Shown here piece by piece: positions 39,340 to 53,648 of a stretch of DNA of 64,000 nucleotides. A program made the position numbers and the translations under genes. Numbering within the stretch: the stretch's first letter is position 1; the number at the start of each line of letters is the position of its first letter. Source of the stretch: Octopus vulgaris (taxonomy: Eukaryota); the NCBI GenBank assembly GCA_951406725.2, contig OX597820.1, positions 4,960,001 through 5,024,000 on the forward strand, written 5' to 3'. The notes under the pieces are model-generated. The model worked only from the letters and a program-made list of their open reading frames with translations, did not search any database and was not told the DNA's origin.

Positions 39340-39410
<71 letters not shown>

Positions 39411-39414
39411 TGGC

Positions 39415-39757
39415 ATTCAGTCGATTACGACGATACGGGTTCCAGTTGATTAACGGTACAGTGTGCTCATGAAATTATCGTGTAAGTGGCTGAGCACTTC
39501 ACAGATACGTGTGCCCTTAGCGTGGTTCTCAGGGAGAGTCCATATGACACAGGCTAGACGTTTGAAATACAGGTAAAATAGAAACAGGAAGAAAGAGTAA
39601 GAGAAAGTTGTGGCGAAAGAGTACAGCAGGGTTCGCCACCACCCACTTCCGGAACCCAGTGGAGCTTTAGGTGTTTTCGCTCAATAAACACTCACAACGC
39701 CCTGTTTAGGAATCGAAACCGCAATCCCACGACTGCGAGTCCGCAGACCTAACCACT
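39415..39757 (-). mobile_element. SINE family C
   Basis: Collinear with 49447-49780. Confidence 0.85.
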
Positions 39758-40133
39758 TCCAAACTCACACACACACACACATGTGTGAGAGAAAAGAAAA
39801 GGGTGCGAGGGTATGTAAGAATTTGACTGCGAATATCGAGGCCTGAATGTAGGTCGCGGGGGTGTGTAGGGAAATTAGCTGCATGTGTTTAGAGGGTCGC
39901 TTATTTACAATGCTGACTTGATGCAAAGGGGAGAGAGAGAGAGAGTTATCGCTAAGGACTATACAACATAGGGAGCAGTAAGGTGTGACAGAAGTGTTAG
40001 GGTTGTAGTTGTGTCCTTGGCCACGTTTTTGATACAGATTTTAATCTGGCACAGCTTTAAACGGGACCGTGAAGGTGCATGGCCTAATGGTTAGGATATT
40101 GTATTCGCGATCGCATGATCATGGTTTCGATTC

Positions 40134-40205
<72 letters not shown>

Positions 40206-40957
40206 GTGCATTGTGTTCTTGAGCAAAATACTCCATTTCACGTTACTTTTGTTTTGTTCACTCAGATGTTAAGTAACGAATCTGCGGTGGGTCGGTGTCC
40301 CTTTCATAGTGGATTTTGGGGTCCTAGTCGTTTATATGCTCTGGAGACCGGGAAACTGGCTCTGGAACTCTAGTACTCGGAAATAGTAAAATTTCCATGT
40401 GTCTAATGACTGGGTGTTAACTGCACCATTTTAGCAGTTTAGTGTGGCCCATTGTAAAGGTCGTGGGCCCTGTCCCTCCTTCAGTGAAAATCAAAACAAA
40501 ACAAAACAAACAAACGAATATCAGAGACAAAAACATGGTGAGAATCGTCATAAGAAGGGTGTTGAATGAAAGGTTCTTGGCGGTTTTATTTGTTGGGTTC
40601 GTCATCCTTAGTTTATGGGTCCACATCTCAACCTCACATCTTTTATATTTCAGCAGGTTTATTTAAACATATTGCCTTGCGCTGCTAAATATAAACTGAA
40701 TGGATAAATTTTAAGGCGATCCAGCCGTGACCATCCTATAGTGTAAGGAGTATTTATAACACAACATAGGACTGTATGAAATAACCCAAAACGTTAGACA
40801 AAGTGGAAGTTGAGCGGTATTTGGCTGCTATTTTCGTTTTTTTTTCTCTAGGCACAAGGCCCGAAATTTTGGGGGAGAGGTAAAGTCGATTAGATCCGGT
40901 AAGCCACTCCTGCGTCTGCTTAGATGCATACATATATATACAATATATTATATTACT

Positions 40958-41003
<46 letters not shown>

Positions 41004-41039
41004 ATAGATGCATAGATCCATAGCCACTTCACAGTATCA

Positions 41040-41545
41040 CATTATCGACCAGACCATAAGATGCTTCCAATTCTGACTTGATTGCGCCATTCTTTTCCAT
41101 CTTGACCCAAACTGCTTGACCAAATCGTCTTCGCATCGTCGTGGAACCCTTCCAAGTGGCCTTTCCCCATCTCTTGGATACCTCTCTGCAACTGCAGGGC
41201 TTCACCTGATGTCTGTGAACCTTGCGACATTTTGCAGCCCAGTGGCACTTGTGGTTTTGGCCCTCTGTGCTCGTAGGGCACCTGATCATTTCATTTTGAA
41301 TATGCTCCCTTAATGATATTCCTTACACATGGATATCTCCATGGTCCTTTGCGTCGTATCCAATCGATGTTATATCCTCTTCGTAGTATCTCAGGGCTCG
41401 CATGCATTTAAGAGCGCAGGTAGGACGGTGCTATCGAAGATTCTAGCGCGTATGGTATTGCCTACATGTGTTTGAAGCATATCTTATATTGAGTTAAATG
41501 CCTTCCATCCCGCCCTGGTTCTCTTTAAGATTTCGGCATCTATTG
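41040..41545 (-). pseudogene. Degraded RTE-clade LINE fragment
   Basis: Broken minus-strand frames give RAGWKAF, IFDSTVLPALL and VARFTDIR*S-AVAE-YPRDGERPLGR-PRR. Confidence 0.7.
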
Positions 41546-42001
41546 CCACATACGTAGGCGTAAATACATAACATCCATATTTGCCACATGCATACATAAA
41601 TATATACAAAGATACCTATTCGCATGCACACGTAACTAAACGCTTAGTGGCACTAGTCGTTAGCTGTTACGTAAGCACATGGAGAAACAGATCCATTATA
41701 TTTGTAAAGACATAGAAACATCTGGAAGATACAAAAGTAGATAAATAGAGACTTATGCAAGCATATCCATAAACATATGCGTACGCATAGCTACATGCCT
41801 AAACATGAAATGCGTACATTGATGGGTAGAGATAGAGATACATATATATGCATACATACATAGAACATTATATCTTTAGATACATATATACATCTGTAGA
41901 CATACAGACATAGAGATATATTTATAGAGAACATAGGTATATCCAGAGGCATACAGAGACACAGCTACGTACTTCCTTACTTCCTTAAAAATACAAAATA
42001 T

Positions 42002-42110
<109 letters not shown>

Positions 42111-42125
42111 TATTAATAATAAAAT

Positions 42126-42560
42126 ATTAGGGAATAAATCCAAACTTACAGGGAAAAATCAGATTTAGGATTAAATCCAATTTTATAGTATAAACATATT
42201 ATATTATATTATATTAAATTAGAGATAAGACCACTATTAGGCAAATCAAACAATGAAAAACATAAGCCAATACATAAAATTAATTTAATTTATATTATTT
42301 TAAATATATATCAAAGTATTAAAAGTTTAATAAAACACTACGATCGTTTCATGGCTGTACAATTCGAATAACAATAATATATATATATAAGAAAGTATAC
42401 TAGTTCAATGAGAATAGACATTAAGTATTAAAAGTTTAATAAAACACTACGATCGTTTCATGGCTGTACAATTCGAATAACAATAATATATATATATAAG
42501 AAAGTATACTAGTTCAATGAGAATAGACATTAAATATTTAATCTACAATATTTCATTTGT
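42126..42560. mobile_element. (TA)n-embedded Penelope-like terminus with a 108-bp tandem duplication
   Basis: Matches 2551-2750. AAGTATTAAAAG…GAATAGACATTA is repeated (~42314 and ~42423). The minus-strand GAAACGATCGTA resembles a hammerhead 3' half. Confidence 0.7.
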
Positions 42561-43051
42561 TCACTTAAGACAATCAATACTTCATTTCATTTCTTTCTTA
42601 CTGTATATTCTATATTCTATATCCTATATCAATATTATAAGAATATAAATAAAACTTAAAAAACAGACAGAGTTGGAATTCTTTTGAGTAATATATATAT
42701 ATATATAAGATCCAAGGATCGAAGTGTAGGAAGAAGGTTAGCTTCAAGCAAATCGTAGAAAATATAAAAAACAACTTTTGGGACCAATAGTAGTTTATTT
42801 GAAGCAGAAGGTTGTAGATTTTTGCCGTATCGAAGTATGACAGACTGAAAAAATGTTTTCGATTTCACGGTAGGCAGACAGCGTTGCCAGGTTTGCGAAT
42901 AAAACACAAGAGCGAAGGAGTGGAATGGATAAGATCCGGGCTGGATATGTGTCATAGCGAATGGAACCTCGGAAGTGGTAAGTATCCACTTTGCAATACA
43001 CTGCACTGTCCCCTCTTTGTTTACTCCCTTTGTGGATTATAAAGAACGTAC

Positions 43052-43247
43052 GAGGTTTATACCGCAGGCTACTCTTCAGGTCAAGGGTATCTTGATTAAA
43101 TGAAGTTTATATTCTATATTCTTACCGTGGCCTCTACACATTCTGATCGAATCGTTCGTGTATTGACATGTATCTCCTTACTACAAGGTAAACTTTATTT
43201 AATCAAGATACCCTTGCCTTAAAGAGTAGCCTGCAGTATACACCTCG
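43052..43247. repeat. ~58-bp imperfect inverted repeat
   Basis: GAGGTTTATACCGCAGGCTACTCTT…ATCTTGATTAAATGAAGTTTA versus TAAACTTTATTTAATCAAGATACC…AAGAGTAGCCTGCAGTATACACCTC. Confidence 0.8.
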
Positions 43248-43329
43248 CTTGGATATTTAGCACTCCAGAGGTTCCGCTCGCTAGGAAATATATGTAGGCC
43301 GGATGTTATCTGCTCCATTCCTTAACTCT

Positions 43330-43366
<37 letters not shown>

Positions 43367-43430
43367 GCACATGCATGCATCCATACATAAATGCATACAT
43401 ATATATACACATCCTTGAATACATACATAC

Positions 43431-43535
<105 letters not shown>

Positions 43536-43605
43536 CATGTATATATATATATACATATACATATATATATATGCATATATATATATATATATATGTATAT
43601 ATATG

Positions 43606-43688
<83 letters not shown>

Positions 43689-44914
43689 CCACATACATAC
43701 ACACATACAAGCATGCCTGCTCAGATGCACACATACGTTACGGATATGTTACAGACACGTAGCTTCATGCTTATACATAAATACGCAATATCCATCGAAT
43801 ATCATTTCCAAACTGAAACCTTCTAGGAATTCTATGAGGAAAGATTACTTCACAGAAACTAAACAAGGTGTGGTACAGTTTTCTTTCAGAATTATGAGCT
43901 TTGACTTCTTTCTGAAATGACCCAAGAAGATAACGAAAATAAGATTGACAAGCGCCGGAAATATTTTGGCTTCCGTTCTGAAAATAGGTATTATGTTACC
44001 ATTCCATAACTCTTGTAGGTGATATGACTATTCCAGGTCTTTGTGGAAAAGAGAGAGAAGCGTGGTGGTGAGAGAGAGCTGTGTTACTTTTATAGTTTTA
44101 TTCTATGTCTGTCTTGCTTCCTATATCCTGTCCTAAATTTATCTGATTTAACTTATCTCTTTCGTCTTCATTTTCGCAAGCTTCTCCTTGATTGGAAATG
44201 ACTTGTAAGCCATGTTCCCGTGCGAAATCTCCTATAATTCTCTCTTCCGACGTCAATCGCTGAAGAAGACAAGCTATTAAAACGAATATATATTTAGTCG
44301 CTATTATGTCTACTAAACTCTCTTAAGTGCTTATTGATAGAAGCCACAGCCCAGCAAGCCAACATGTGTGCCCTTACAGTTTTAATAGATGTTACCGTGT
44401 CATTGTTTTAGCAATACACAAGTGTATTGAAATATAGGGCAGCGATTCACAGAGAGCTTGTGAAAGTTGCGTCACTGTCTTTTCATGATAGGCCACAAAC
44501 ACACACGACATGCTTGTCCACGTGACACATTTATTTCTTATCACTCGCCATCTTTTGTGTTGTTTGTTTGGTCTCTCAAAGTGATTTGTTTGTTAAAATC
44601 TAAAGGAGCCATACTATTTCTAGTGTGGGATAAACATGAAATAACGAGAAATTTGCGACTTGCTACAGAACCAAGCCCCAGTTAGTTTCTGCGCATGCGC
44701 ACATCAAGGAAGTTGAACGCTTGGATTGTGTGTTTTTTTTTCCATTGAATAGTCTACAATATATATGTATACATATATTTGTGCGTGTGTGTATGTACGT
44801 GTGTGCATGCGTACATGATGCTATGTGTGTACACATGCACACACATATACATGCATACACATATATGCGTATATATATGTGTGTGTATAAGTATGTATGT
44901 ATGTATGTATGTGT

Positions 44915-45232
44915 GTAGAAGACATAGAAACCTTTGCTTCGGATCGAGTTGGATGGCGAACTACTGCACACTTTTGTGTGGAGTGGAGTGAAAGCATTTG
45001 AAGGGGCCAGGATAATGCATGTAAGACTCAAAACAGATCTAAGGAAGAATGTTACGATCAAGAAGGTGAACGACAATGACTTTTTTTTGTGTGCACAGTT
45101 TGTGACAGACCCTGCCTGTCTTTTGCTGGGTTCAAATCTCACCTGCGAACCCATGGAAAACGAACCTTCACCAACTATTCTACCTATATGTTTGTGCACA
45201 CCTTTCAAACTGCATAAGGAGTAGACAACCAC
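44915..45232 (+). pseudogene. RTE-clade LINE extreme 3' fragment
   Basis: ETFASDRVGWR…WSGVKAFE and a terminal C2H2-like CTVCDRPCLSFAGFKSHLRTH across frameshifts. Confidence 0.65.
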
Positions 45233-45326
45233 CATATGCGTATGTATGTATGTATGTATGTATGTATGTATGTATGTATGTATGTATGTATGTATGTATG
45301 TATGTGTGTGTGTGTATGTATGTATG

Positions 45327-45357
<31 letters not shown>

Positions 45358-45518
45358 GTATGAATGTATGTGTGTATGTATGTATCTATCTATCAATATA
45401 CTCTTTCTCTCTCTCTATATATATATATGTACTATGTGTGTGTGTGTATGTGTATATGTGTATGCATAGAGTGCACAAACAAATATCTGCAAACTTGTAT
45501 ATATGGAGTAGGAAAGAA

Positions 45519-45589
<71 letters not shown>

Positions 45590-45825
45590 AGGTGGTGCTA
45601 TTAAGTTAGACATGGCCTGGGCCAATAATGGCCGAAACCTATCAAAGTATCAAAGTATCAAAGTATACCAATATATACATATATATATTAATATACAAAT
45701 ATTCTATAATTATAAACATAATTATAATTAGGGGTCAGCTAACTGCTTCACCACATACCGAATTTAGAAATAGGAGTTAAAAATTCCTTTTCCACTACCG
45801 TAAGAATCTCTCAGACAGTAACACA

Positions 45826-45890
<65 letters not shown>

Positions 45891-45894
<4 letters not shown>

Positions 45895-46953
45895 CTGGTA
45901 TGCTTTGTGAATCACTCATTTTACACAAGAGGCAAAAGATAAAGAAGAGAAAGAACAATCTCTGGAACAACTCAATCAACATTTGTCCGAATTATGCACC
46001 ACTCTTCATTCTTTACCTCATAATAATTATTTAAATAAAAATCCACCTACAGATGGTACATGAATTAAAAACCGCATTATCCACATATGGAATGAAAAAC
46101 TGAAAGCCAGAAAATTTTCTTTCTGGAATACGATTAAAAGCAACCACGCGGCAGAAATTTATGAACGCTGGTTAAATTCAACAGCAATAATTTTGCCTCG
46201 TAAATTCCAAATTAAACGTATTCCAAGCGAGCAGGACCAACAAAGACAATTAAGGGAGAAACTAACAATGGAAAAACATGAAGACAGAAATAGAACTCCT
46301 TAAGCTTAGAGCGCTAAGCAGTGAACAGAAATTTAAAAACATAGATGAAGAAACCTACAACGAACAAATCCACCACCCACGATACAGACAGATACAGTGA
46401 ACACATAGAAAGGTGTGCTAGGAACCTTAATCCTAATTTCCTAATTTTCCCCTTCTATCAATGTTCACAGAACACTTCAGTACAACAAATAATGATTAAA
46501 GAAGCAACTTTCATCCATAAATATCTGCCACAACTCAATATGAACACATACAGAACACTACTCACCTTTCAATTAATAACACACATACACCCCATACACC
46601 ATTCACATTACATATCTATATCTACCCTAATTGCACCAAATCAAGAACTACTTACCTCCCTTACACAATCTTTTCACTCAGGGACTAGTAGACCCGACAC
46701 CGTTCATTAATCGGTGCGCATTCAAAGCAGTGATCAGTAATTTTACGAAACCGGTATGCTTTTGAATCTCTCTAACAATTCACAATAATGACTTTTATTC
46801 TTACCTCAGTTCATCTAATTGTTTATATCTATCGTTACTTTTCATAAAAAGCCTTCACTTTTTTTTGATTTCCAATGTGCATTTTCGCTTATTTTTTTCT
46901 TCTTACTTTCCCCTTACATTTCCACGCGTAGTTTATATTTTCTTTTTATAACA

Positions 46954-46960
<7 letters not shown>
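45891..46960 (+). mobile_element. Internally deleted Penelope-like element in (TA)n
   Basis: The tail SEHIERCA…F-IFPFYQ…IKEATFIHKYLPQLN resembles a PLE GIY-YIG C-terminus. Partial direct repeat GAAAC[T/C]GGTATGCTTT at 45891 and 46747; degraded hammerhead at 46721-46766. Confidence 0.72.
46721..46766 (+). ncRNA. Degraded hammerhead motif
   Basis: AAAGCA-GTGATCA-GTA-ATTT-TAC-GAAA-C-CG-G-TA-TGCTTT; two core mismatches. Confidence 0.55.
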
Positions 46961-47017
<57 letters not shown>

Positions 47018-47086
47018 TGTATAAATCCATAAATCTTAAAAAAAATTTTAGCCCGAAGGCCGCGGCCATGCTAGGGCACCACCGCT

Positions 47087-47125
<39 letters not shown>

Positions 47126-47128
<3 letters not shown>

Positions 47129-48370
47129 AGTTAGTTAGTTAGTTAGTTAATTTGGCTCAAAAGCAAATAGCAAGGCCATGTAGGGGGACATGGAGTTAAG
47201 TACAGGGTGGTGTTCATGTAAAGAGTTCAGGCCACTTGAGGTCCAGGGAGGCTTTGAACAAAGCGGTCGTCGGCATCTTCACCATCTCGTCTGGCAGCTT
47301 GTTCCACGGATCCGCAACCCGGACGGAGAAAGCTCCTCTCCTTCGATTGAGATGAAATCGTCGCAGGTAGAGCTTTTCGGAATGACCCCGCAGCCGACGC
47401 TCCGGAGCAGGAGTGAAGAACAGCTCTTTCGAGAGGTTACACTTCCCGCTTATGATGTTGTGGGCGAGAATGAGATCACCACGGCGGCGGCGTTTTTCAA
47501 GAGAACAAAGGTCGAGCGTCCTCAGCCTTTCTTCGTAGGACAAATTTTTGAGACCATGAACCATGCGGGTAGCCAGCCTCTGGACTCTTTCGAGGTGCTG
47601 TATGTCTTTGAGGAGATAAGGAGAAGAGGCTTGAATCCCATACTCCAATATGGGTCTCACCAGCGTGACATAGAGTGGCAGGAATATGGCTGCTGTGAGC
47701 ATTCCGAATGACCGTTGAATCAAAAACAGAATTCCGCGCGCCTTGTTGGCAGCATGGACGCACTGGGCCGAAGGCGAAAAGGAGGAATCCACCAAGATAC
47801 CCAGGTCCTTTACCTGATCGGTCCTCTCCAGCAGCAGACGACCCGGCTCGAAATCAAGTTGAGTTGCAGGAGTAGAGCCGACAGGCAGATGACAGCACTT
47901 CGACACGTTCAGACACAGGTCCCAATCGTTAGACCACTTCCAAATTTGGTGGAGGCATCGACGAAGATCCTCTATACTACCGCGAGGAGCGACCAGTTTG
48001 ATATCGTCGGCAAATAGAAGGGTGTGTTGCGTAATGTCGTCGGGCAAGTCATTTATGAAGACTAAGAACAACAAGGGCCCAAGCACTGAACCTTGAGGCA
48101 CGCCACTGCTCGCACTGGAGACGTCGGACCGCGAACCATTAACTTGAACTTGGAAGGAGCGATCTGAGAGGAAGGCACCAACCCATCGTACAATATCCGG
48201 ATAGAAACTATATGCTTGAAGCTTGACAAGTAGTAGGCGGTGGTTTACCGAGTCAAAAGCTTTGGCAAAGTCCAATAAAACGATGTCAACAGCATCACTA
48301 TCATCGAGGATGCGCGTCATCAATTCTTCCATTACTAGTAAGTTGGTCAAGCATGATCTCTTCGGCACGA
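47126..48370 (-). mobile_element. 5'-truncated CR1/L2-group LINE; uninterrupted 384-aa RT and C-terminal frame (47214-48368); (TAAC)n tail; inserted in (TA)n
   Basis: RT motifs LDFAKAFDSV, SGVPQGSVLGPLLF, LLFADD, VKDLGI and LERVQRLAT; (GTTA)n at 47126-47150. Confidence 0.95.
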
Positions 48371-48486
48371 TATATATATATATATATCATTAATAATATC
48401 AAGGTAAGACAAAAATTTAGAAAATTTTTACTACCAGTGGCTTAGTGTGCAGGAAAATTAGTCAATAAACTATACATTAATCATAT

Positions 48487-48848
48487 AAATACAGTGTACA
48501 TTTAAACACATAAGAGGCATCCGCCATAGGATACCTGGCACGCTAGAGGGAACAGCCAAAATCCAAACCACTATTAGGAATTAATTTCGAAGGAAATGAA
48601 GAGTAAAAACATTTACCATCTATCTCCTGGACCATGGTTTCTGACTGATGAAGACTCGCCTAACAAATTATTTTATTTGCTAATATAGAGTCAGAAACCA
48701 TGGTCCATGAGATAGATGGTAAATCTTTTTATTTTTCATTCCCTTCGAAATGTATCCCTAATAGTGGTTTGGATTTTGGTTATTACTTCTAGCGTGCCAG
48801 GTATCCTATGATGGTTACCTCTTATGTATTTAAAAGTACACTGTATAT
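48487..48848. repeat. ~155-bp imperfect inverted repeat, Penelope-like terminus
   Basis: ATACAGTGTAC…GGACCATGGTTTCTGACT versus AGTCAGAAACCATGGTCC…GTACACTGTAT. Confidence 0.88.
48645..48705 (+). ncRNA. Hammerhead-like motif at the centre of an inverted Penelope-like terminus
   Basis: CTGATGA-A-GACTC…GAGTC-A-GAAA-C-CATG-G-TC; palindrome ACCATGGT. Stem I is lost at the inversion point. Confidence 0.55.
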
Positions 48849-48852
48849 ATAT

Positions 48853-48914
<62 letters not shown>

Positions 48915-49446
48915 TGAGAAGGAGAGAGCGGATGGTCTCACTAATGAAAGTGAGTTAATTAAACTTCCGAAGCTGGTTAATTACTTGAGACCAAGTTCCG
49001 GTGCGTCACGTGTTCTAGCTAGCGCCATCTAGACTGCAATCACATCGTTCAACTAACTGCAAAAGAGAATAGACACCAGATGAATATATTTTCAAACCTG
49101 TGGTTATAATCCGCTAAGGAATCGAGCTAGATGTCCAGGATAAATAATCCGGATCATTGTGGCTTAACGCCTGATCACAACCAAGCAATCAGTTACTCAG
49201 TTCAGTTAGTAATCCGAAATATGTACCAGATCGATATGGAAATATTCAGTCTCCAAGCGAGGTTCATCGATCAGTTCGATCTGCTGTCAGAACTAAATAC
49301 CAATCAATCTGATTCAACCGTAGATTAAGTCCTCCAATCAGTCCACTTAGCTGTCACAAATACGGTAGGCGTGGACTGCTCTTAGCATATGGAAGTGGTT
49401 CAGTCTGTGATCACAGTCCACCAAACAGTGGGCACCGGAACAGAAA

Positions 49447-49780
49447 TCAACGGAACAGCCTGCTCGTGAAATTAACGTGTAAGTGGCTGAGCACTCCACA
49501 GACACGTGTACCCTTAACGTAGTTCTCGGGGATATTCAGCGTGACACAGAGTGACAAGGCCGACCCTTTGAAATACAGGTACAACAGGAACAGGAAGTAA
49601 GAGTGAGAGAAAGTTGTGGTGAAAGAGTACAGCAGGGATCACCACTATCCCTGCCGGAGCCTCGTGGAGCTTTAGGTGTTTTCGCTCAATAAACACTCAC
49701 AACGCCCGGTCTGGGAATCGAAACCGCGATCCTATGACCGCGAGTCCACTGCCCTAACCACTGGGCCATTGTGCCTCCAC
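49447..49780 (-). mobile_element. SINE family C (tRNA-derived)
   Basis: Minus-strand head GGAGGCACAATGGCCCAGTGGTTAGG (A box) ... GGTTTCGATTCCC (B box). Related copies at 1108-1395(-), 39415-39757(-), 61172-61485(-) and head only at 22432-22532(+). Confidence 0.88.
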
Positions 49781-50473
49781 AAACAGTAGGTACCACTCTC
49801 AGTAAAAATCAATCTGCTCGAGGCGCTGACCACTGTGCAGCAAGTCAGTCACATTGTTGTCAAACACAGGTTCAAGGAAATGCGGCCAGTCTCAGACCAC
49901 AGTCCAGCGATCATTCGGCCGAATTGTGGCGAGTAGGTGTGTGTGTGCTCACAGCATACTCGGAGTGGCCATCAAAGAAGAGGACACACTCATAACCGTC
50001 ACATGTTTCCCATTTATGGTTTTGTTTACTTGGACAAATCGATGTTTTTGAGGTCCGCAAAGAAACAAAACAAAACAAAAAAAAGCAAAAAACAAAACCA
50101 AAAAGAAATTGGGAAAAGAAGTGGGGGGAGGGATGGTGGCCTTGCGAGAAGTGCAGGGAAACAGCTTCAGTAGGGGATCGAACACCCGCATTTAAATTTA
50201 GTCCACCGTCAACAACACTCACCGACACCATGACATGCAGATTTAGGACACGACTATACATACACATACACACATACAAATTCATAAACACACACACACA
50301 CACACAAACACGAACACACACACACACACAAACACAAACACAAACACACACACATAATTACACATAAACCTATAAACATATACATGTGTGTGTGTGTGTG
50401 TGTGTGTGTTTATGTGTGTGTGTGTAATTATATAAATTCAGTATAGCGAATTATAACAAAAATATTATGCATG

Positions 50474-50504
<31 letters not shown>

Positions 50505-50593
50505 ATATACAAATATGTACACACAGACATATGTATTTGTATATGTGTTTATGTGCGTGTCCATAACTATACAGTTGTTATTGACTAAAAGCA

Positions 50594-50689
<96 letters not shown>

Positions 50690-50949
50690 TGAATAGAAGA
50701 GACAGAGATTGAAGTAAGCAAGATAGTGCGTTTGTTATCTCTTTCTATTGAGATAAACAGGATAAGTCGACAGATAGAATCAGATGAAAGAACACCACCA
50801 CCTCCACCTCGTCCCACCCGTTCCTTCTGCCCCCTTATCTCTGTCATACTCCGATACAGAGCGGTTAATGCCAGCACCAGCACCACTATCATAACGATCG
50901 CTAACCGTGGCGCCAGTATCAAAACGCTCATATATGCATACATAGAGGT

Positions 50950-50980
<31 letters not shown>

Positions 50981-51057
50981 CATACATACACAGACACAAA
51001 CACACACACACAAACATATATAAAGATATATATATATATGCATAACTGTATTCATTC

Positions 51058-51094
<37 letters not shown>

Positions 51095-51116
51095 CATATG
51101 AATGAATACAGTTATG

Positions 51117-51166
<50 letters not shown>

Positions 51167-51299
51167 CATATACCCTGCATACATACACACAAATACACAC
51201 ACACGCACACACACAGACACACACACACATATATGTATGTATATATATATATATATATCTGAAAAGGTGTGTGAATGTGTGTGTGTGTGTGTGCGTGTG

Positions 51300-51333
<34 letters not shown>

Positions 51334-51802
51334 TATCGTGTTATAGCTCAACATTACATCTAACTTCGGAGTCGAAAGAGAACTGGGTAACCTTCGGAAT
51401 GGTCCAGGGTTCAACTTCACCCGACGTTACTAACTCCGTAACAGAGACACTTATCTATCAGAAGTCCAGTCTATCTAGCCGTAAGCAGATACCAAACATT
51501 CTCACTTATGATAAAACGATATTTGTTACGGCGCGGCAGTCTATACGTGCAGTCAATAAATAGTATTGACTAGTTTAAGTTACAAGAAGCTTTACTTTCT
51601 AATCAGTTCAGAGTTGCTTCTCTTGGTATCTGCTGCTGAAGAGAAGAAAAATATCCGAAAGGTGTTCAGCAGTCCAAAAACTGAACGTTCTTAGCTGACA
51701 ACTACATTTTGTCTTTTCTTCATGGGGAAATGCCGCGAAAAGACTATACAGGTTCATATATGTGTGTGTATATGTGTGTGTATGCATGTATATATGTATA
51801 TA

Positions 51803-52187
51803 TCTCTCTCTATATAAACGGCAGTTTGTCTGTGCGTGTTTCTGTGTGTCTGTTTGCTTGTACCCTCACCCTGACCACGGCTTTCAACCGCTTCTGATGA
51901 AACTTGACACACACATAGCCCAATGTCATAATTCAAAACTAACGCAGCGAAAATTTTGAAAAGTTCCCCCAGTTCTGAAAAAAATCGATAAATTCGACAT
52001 GGGGTCGAGAATCAGAAACACAAACCACAGACTGTCTAGGGGACGCAACTCCACCTTTTTTAACTATCAAACAAAAATTTACCATAATTTTTTTCCATTT
52101 TTTTGCTCTTTTTTGGCTATAACTCTCTAAAAATGCTTTATAGTTATTTCCCTTACAAACCTGAGCAACGCCGGGCGATACTGCTAG
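51803..52187 (+). mobile_element. Non-autonomous Helitron
   Basis: 5' A|TC…CTATATAAA, subterminal imperfect hairpin CCTGAGCAACGCCGGG, 3' CTAG|T, no TSD. Confidence 0.8.
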
Positions 52188-52699
52188 TGTATATATACAA
52201 CAATTTATGTATGTATGTATGTATGTATGTACCTCGTAATCCCGTAGCAAATACATTGAGTGTGTGCTACAAATAATGTTTACATTATTCGAGCTACTTT
52301 TAATTCATAATCTAACTTCTTTCCTGTGTGCCACGCCGCAGCACATCAGTATCTAGAACTTCACTCTATATTTGCATAGAAGTCACAGAACGACGATTCA
52401 TTTGGTTTTTGTGATGATCCGCGTACATGGCAACGAGAAGCCACAATAATGGCGGAATATCGGTATTTAGCATTCTCGATGATTTCAAGGCGAGTTGTTT
52501 CGCCTAATCCGTGGCATTCAGGTGCACTTTCAGTGCCGGTGTCGTGAACATAGCTTTTCCCAGAGGCTATCCCTTGGCAAATTTAGAATATAAACAAAAC
52601 ACATGTACCATGTATATGCGACCAATAATATATATATATATATATGTATTTATTTATAATCGTTGTCATATATTGTGCGCCTGCAGTTGCAGCGCATTG

Positions 52700-53097
52700 A
52701 TGACATTACAACGAAATTGTTCCCGATCAAGAGTGAGCTCCCCACCTGCCTTGCCACTTTTGTACAGTCAGCTTGTAATACTGTCCACTCATTGCCCTCT
52801 ATGCCAGCCCCTTGCTCTACAGCCCTTTACTCTTCCTTCCAAGATACTACTTTCCAGACTTCTGCTTCTTCGAACATGGCCACAGTAGATGAGATTTTGT
52901 TTCTTTCTCAAAGTTCGAGAGTAGTCTTTCCTCTATATGTTCTAAACATCCATTCATTCGCTGGTGGTCCTTGTAGGAGGCCCGTAACTTTCTCCTGTAC
53001 ACCTTGTTTCGAACGCATTGGTTATGTTCTCTGCGAATTCGTTCAGCTTTCATGTTTCGCAAACATAAATGCCTATTGGCCGAATGAGAGTTTCCAC
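52700..53097 (-). pseudogene. Degraded RTE-clade LINE fragment
   Basis: LIRPIGIYVCET*…AFETRC…YCGHVRRSRSLESSILEGRVKGCRARG on the minus strand. Confidence 0.65.
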
Positions 53098-53175
53098 TGA
53101 CCTCGTTTTAAACGTAATTGAGACACTTTTGCTGTATGTGCGTGTGTGGGTATGTGTGCGTGCGTGTGTGTATAA

Positions 53176-53213
<38 letters not shown>

Positions 53214-53320
53214 GGTACTGTAAATTTAGGGTGAATACTTGATAGGTGTAAGCACCTGTATATGCCAGATAGTGGCAGAGGTGAGAGAGAATATATCAAA
53301 TAAAATTAAAAACAGTATAT

Positions 53321-53413
<93 letters not shown>

Positions 53414-53563
53414 GGGTAGATGGACAGAAAGGTAGATAGGTATGTATATACACAACTCGATACATGCAGCGGCTTTTGGTGAAAAAGAGCGGAGTGCAAA
53501 TGTTTGGAATACAGATAACAATCTGTTAATATGTGTATACACACACAGCGACACAAACATGAC

Positions 53564-53648
<85 letters not shown>

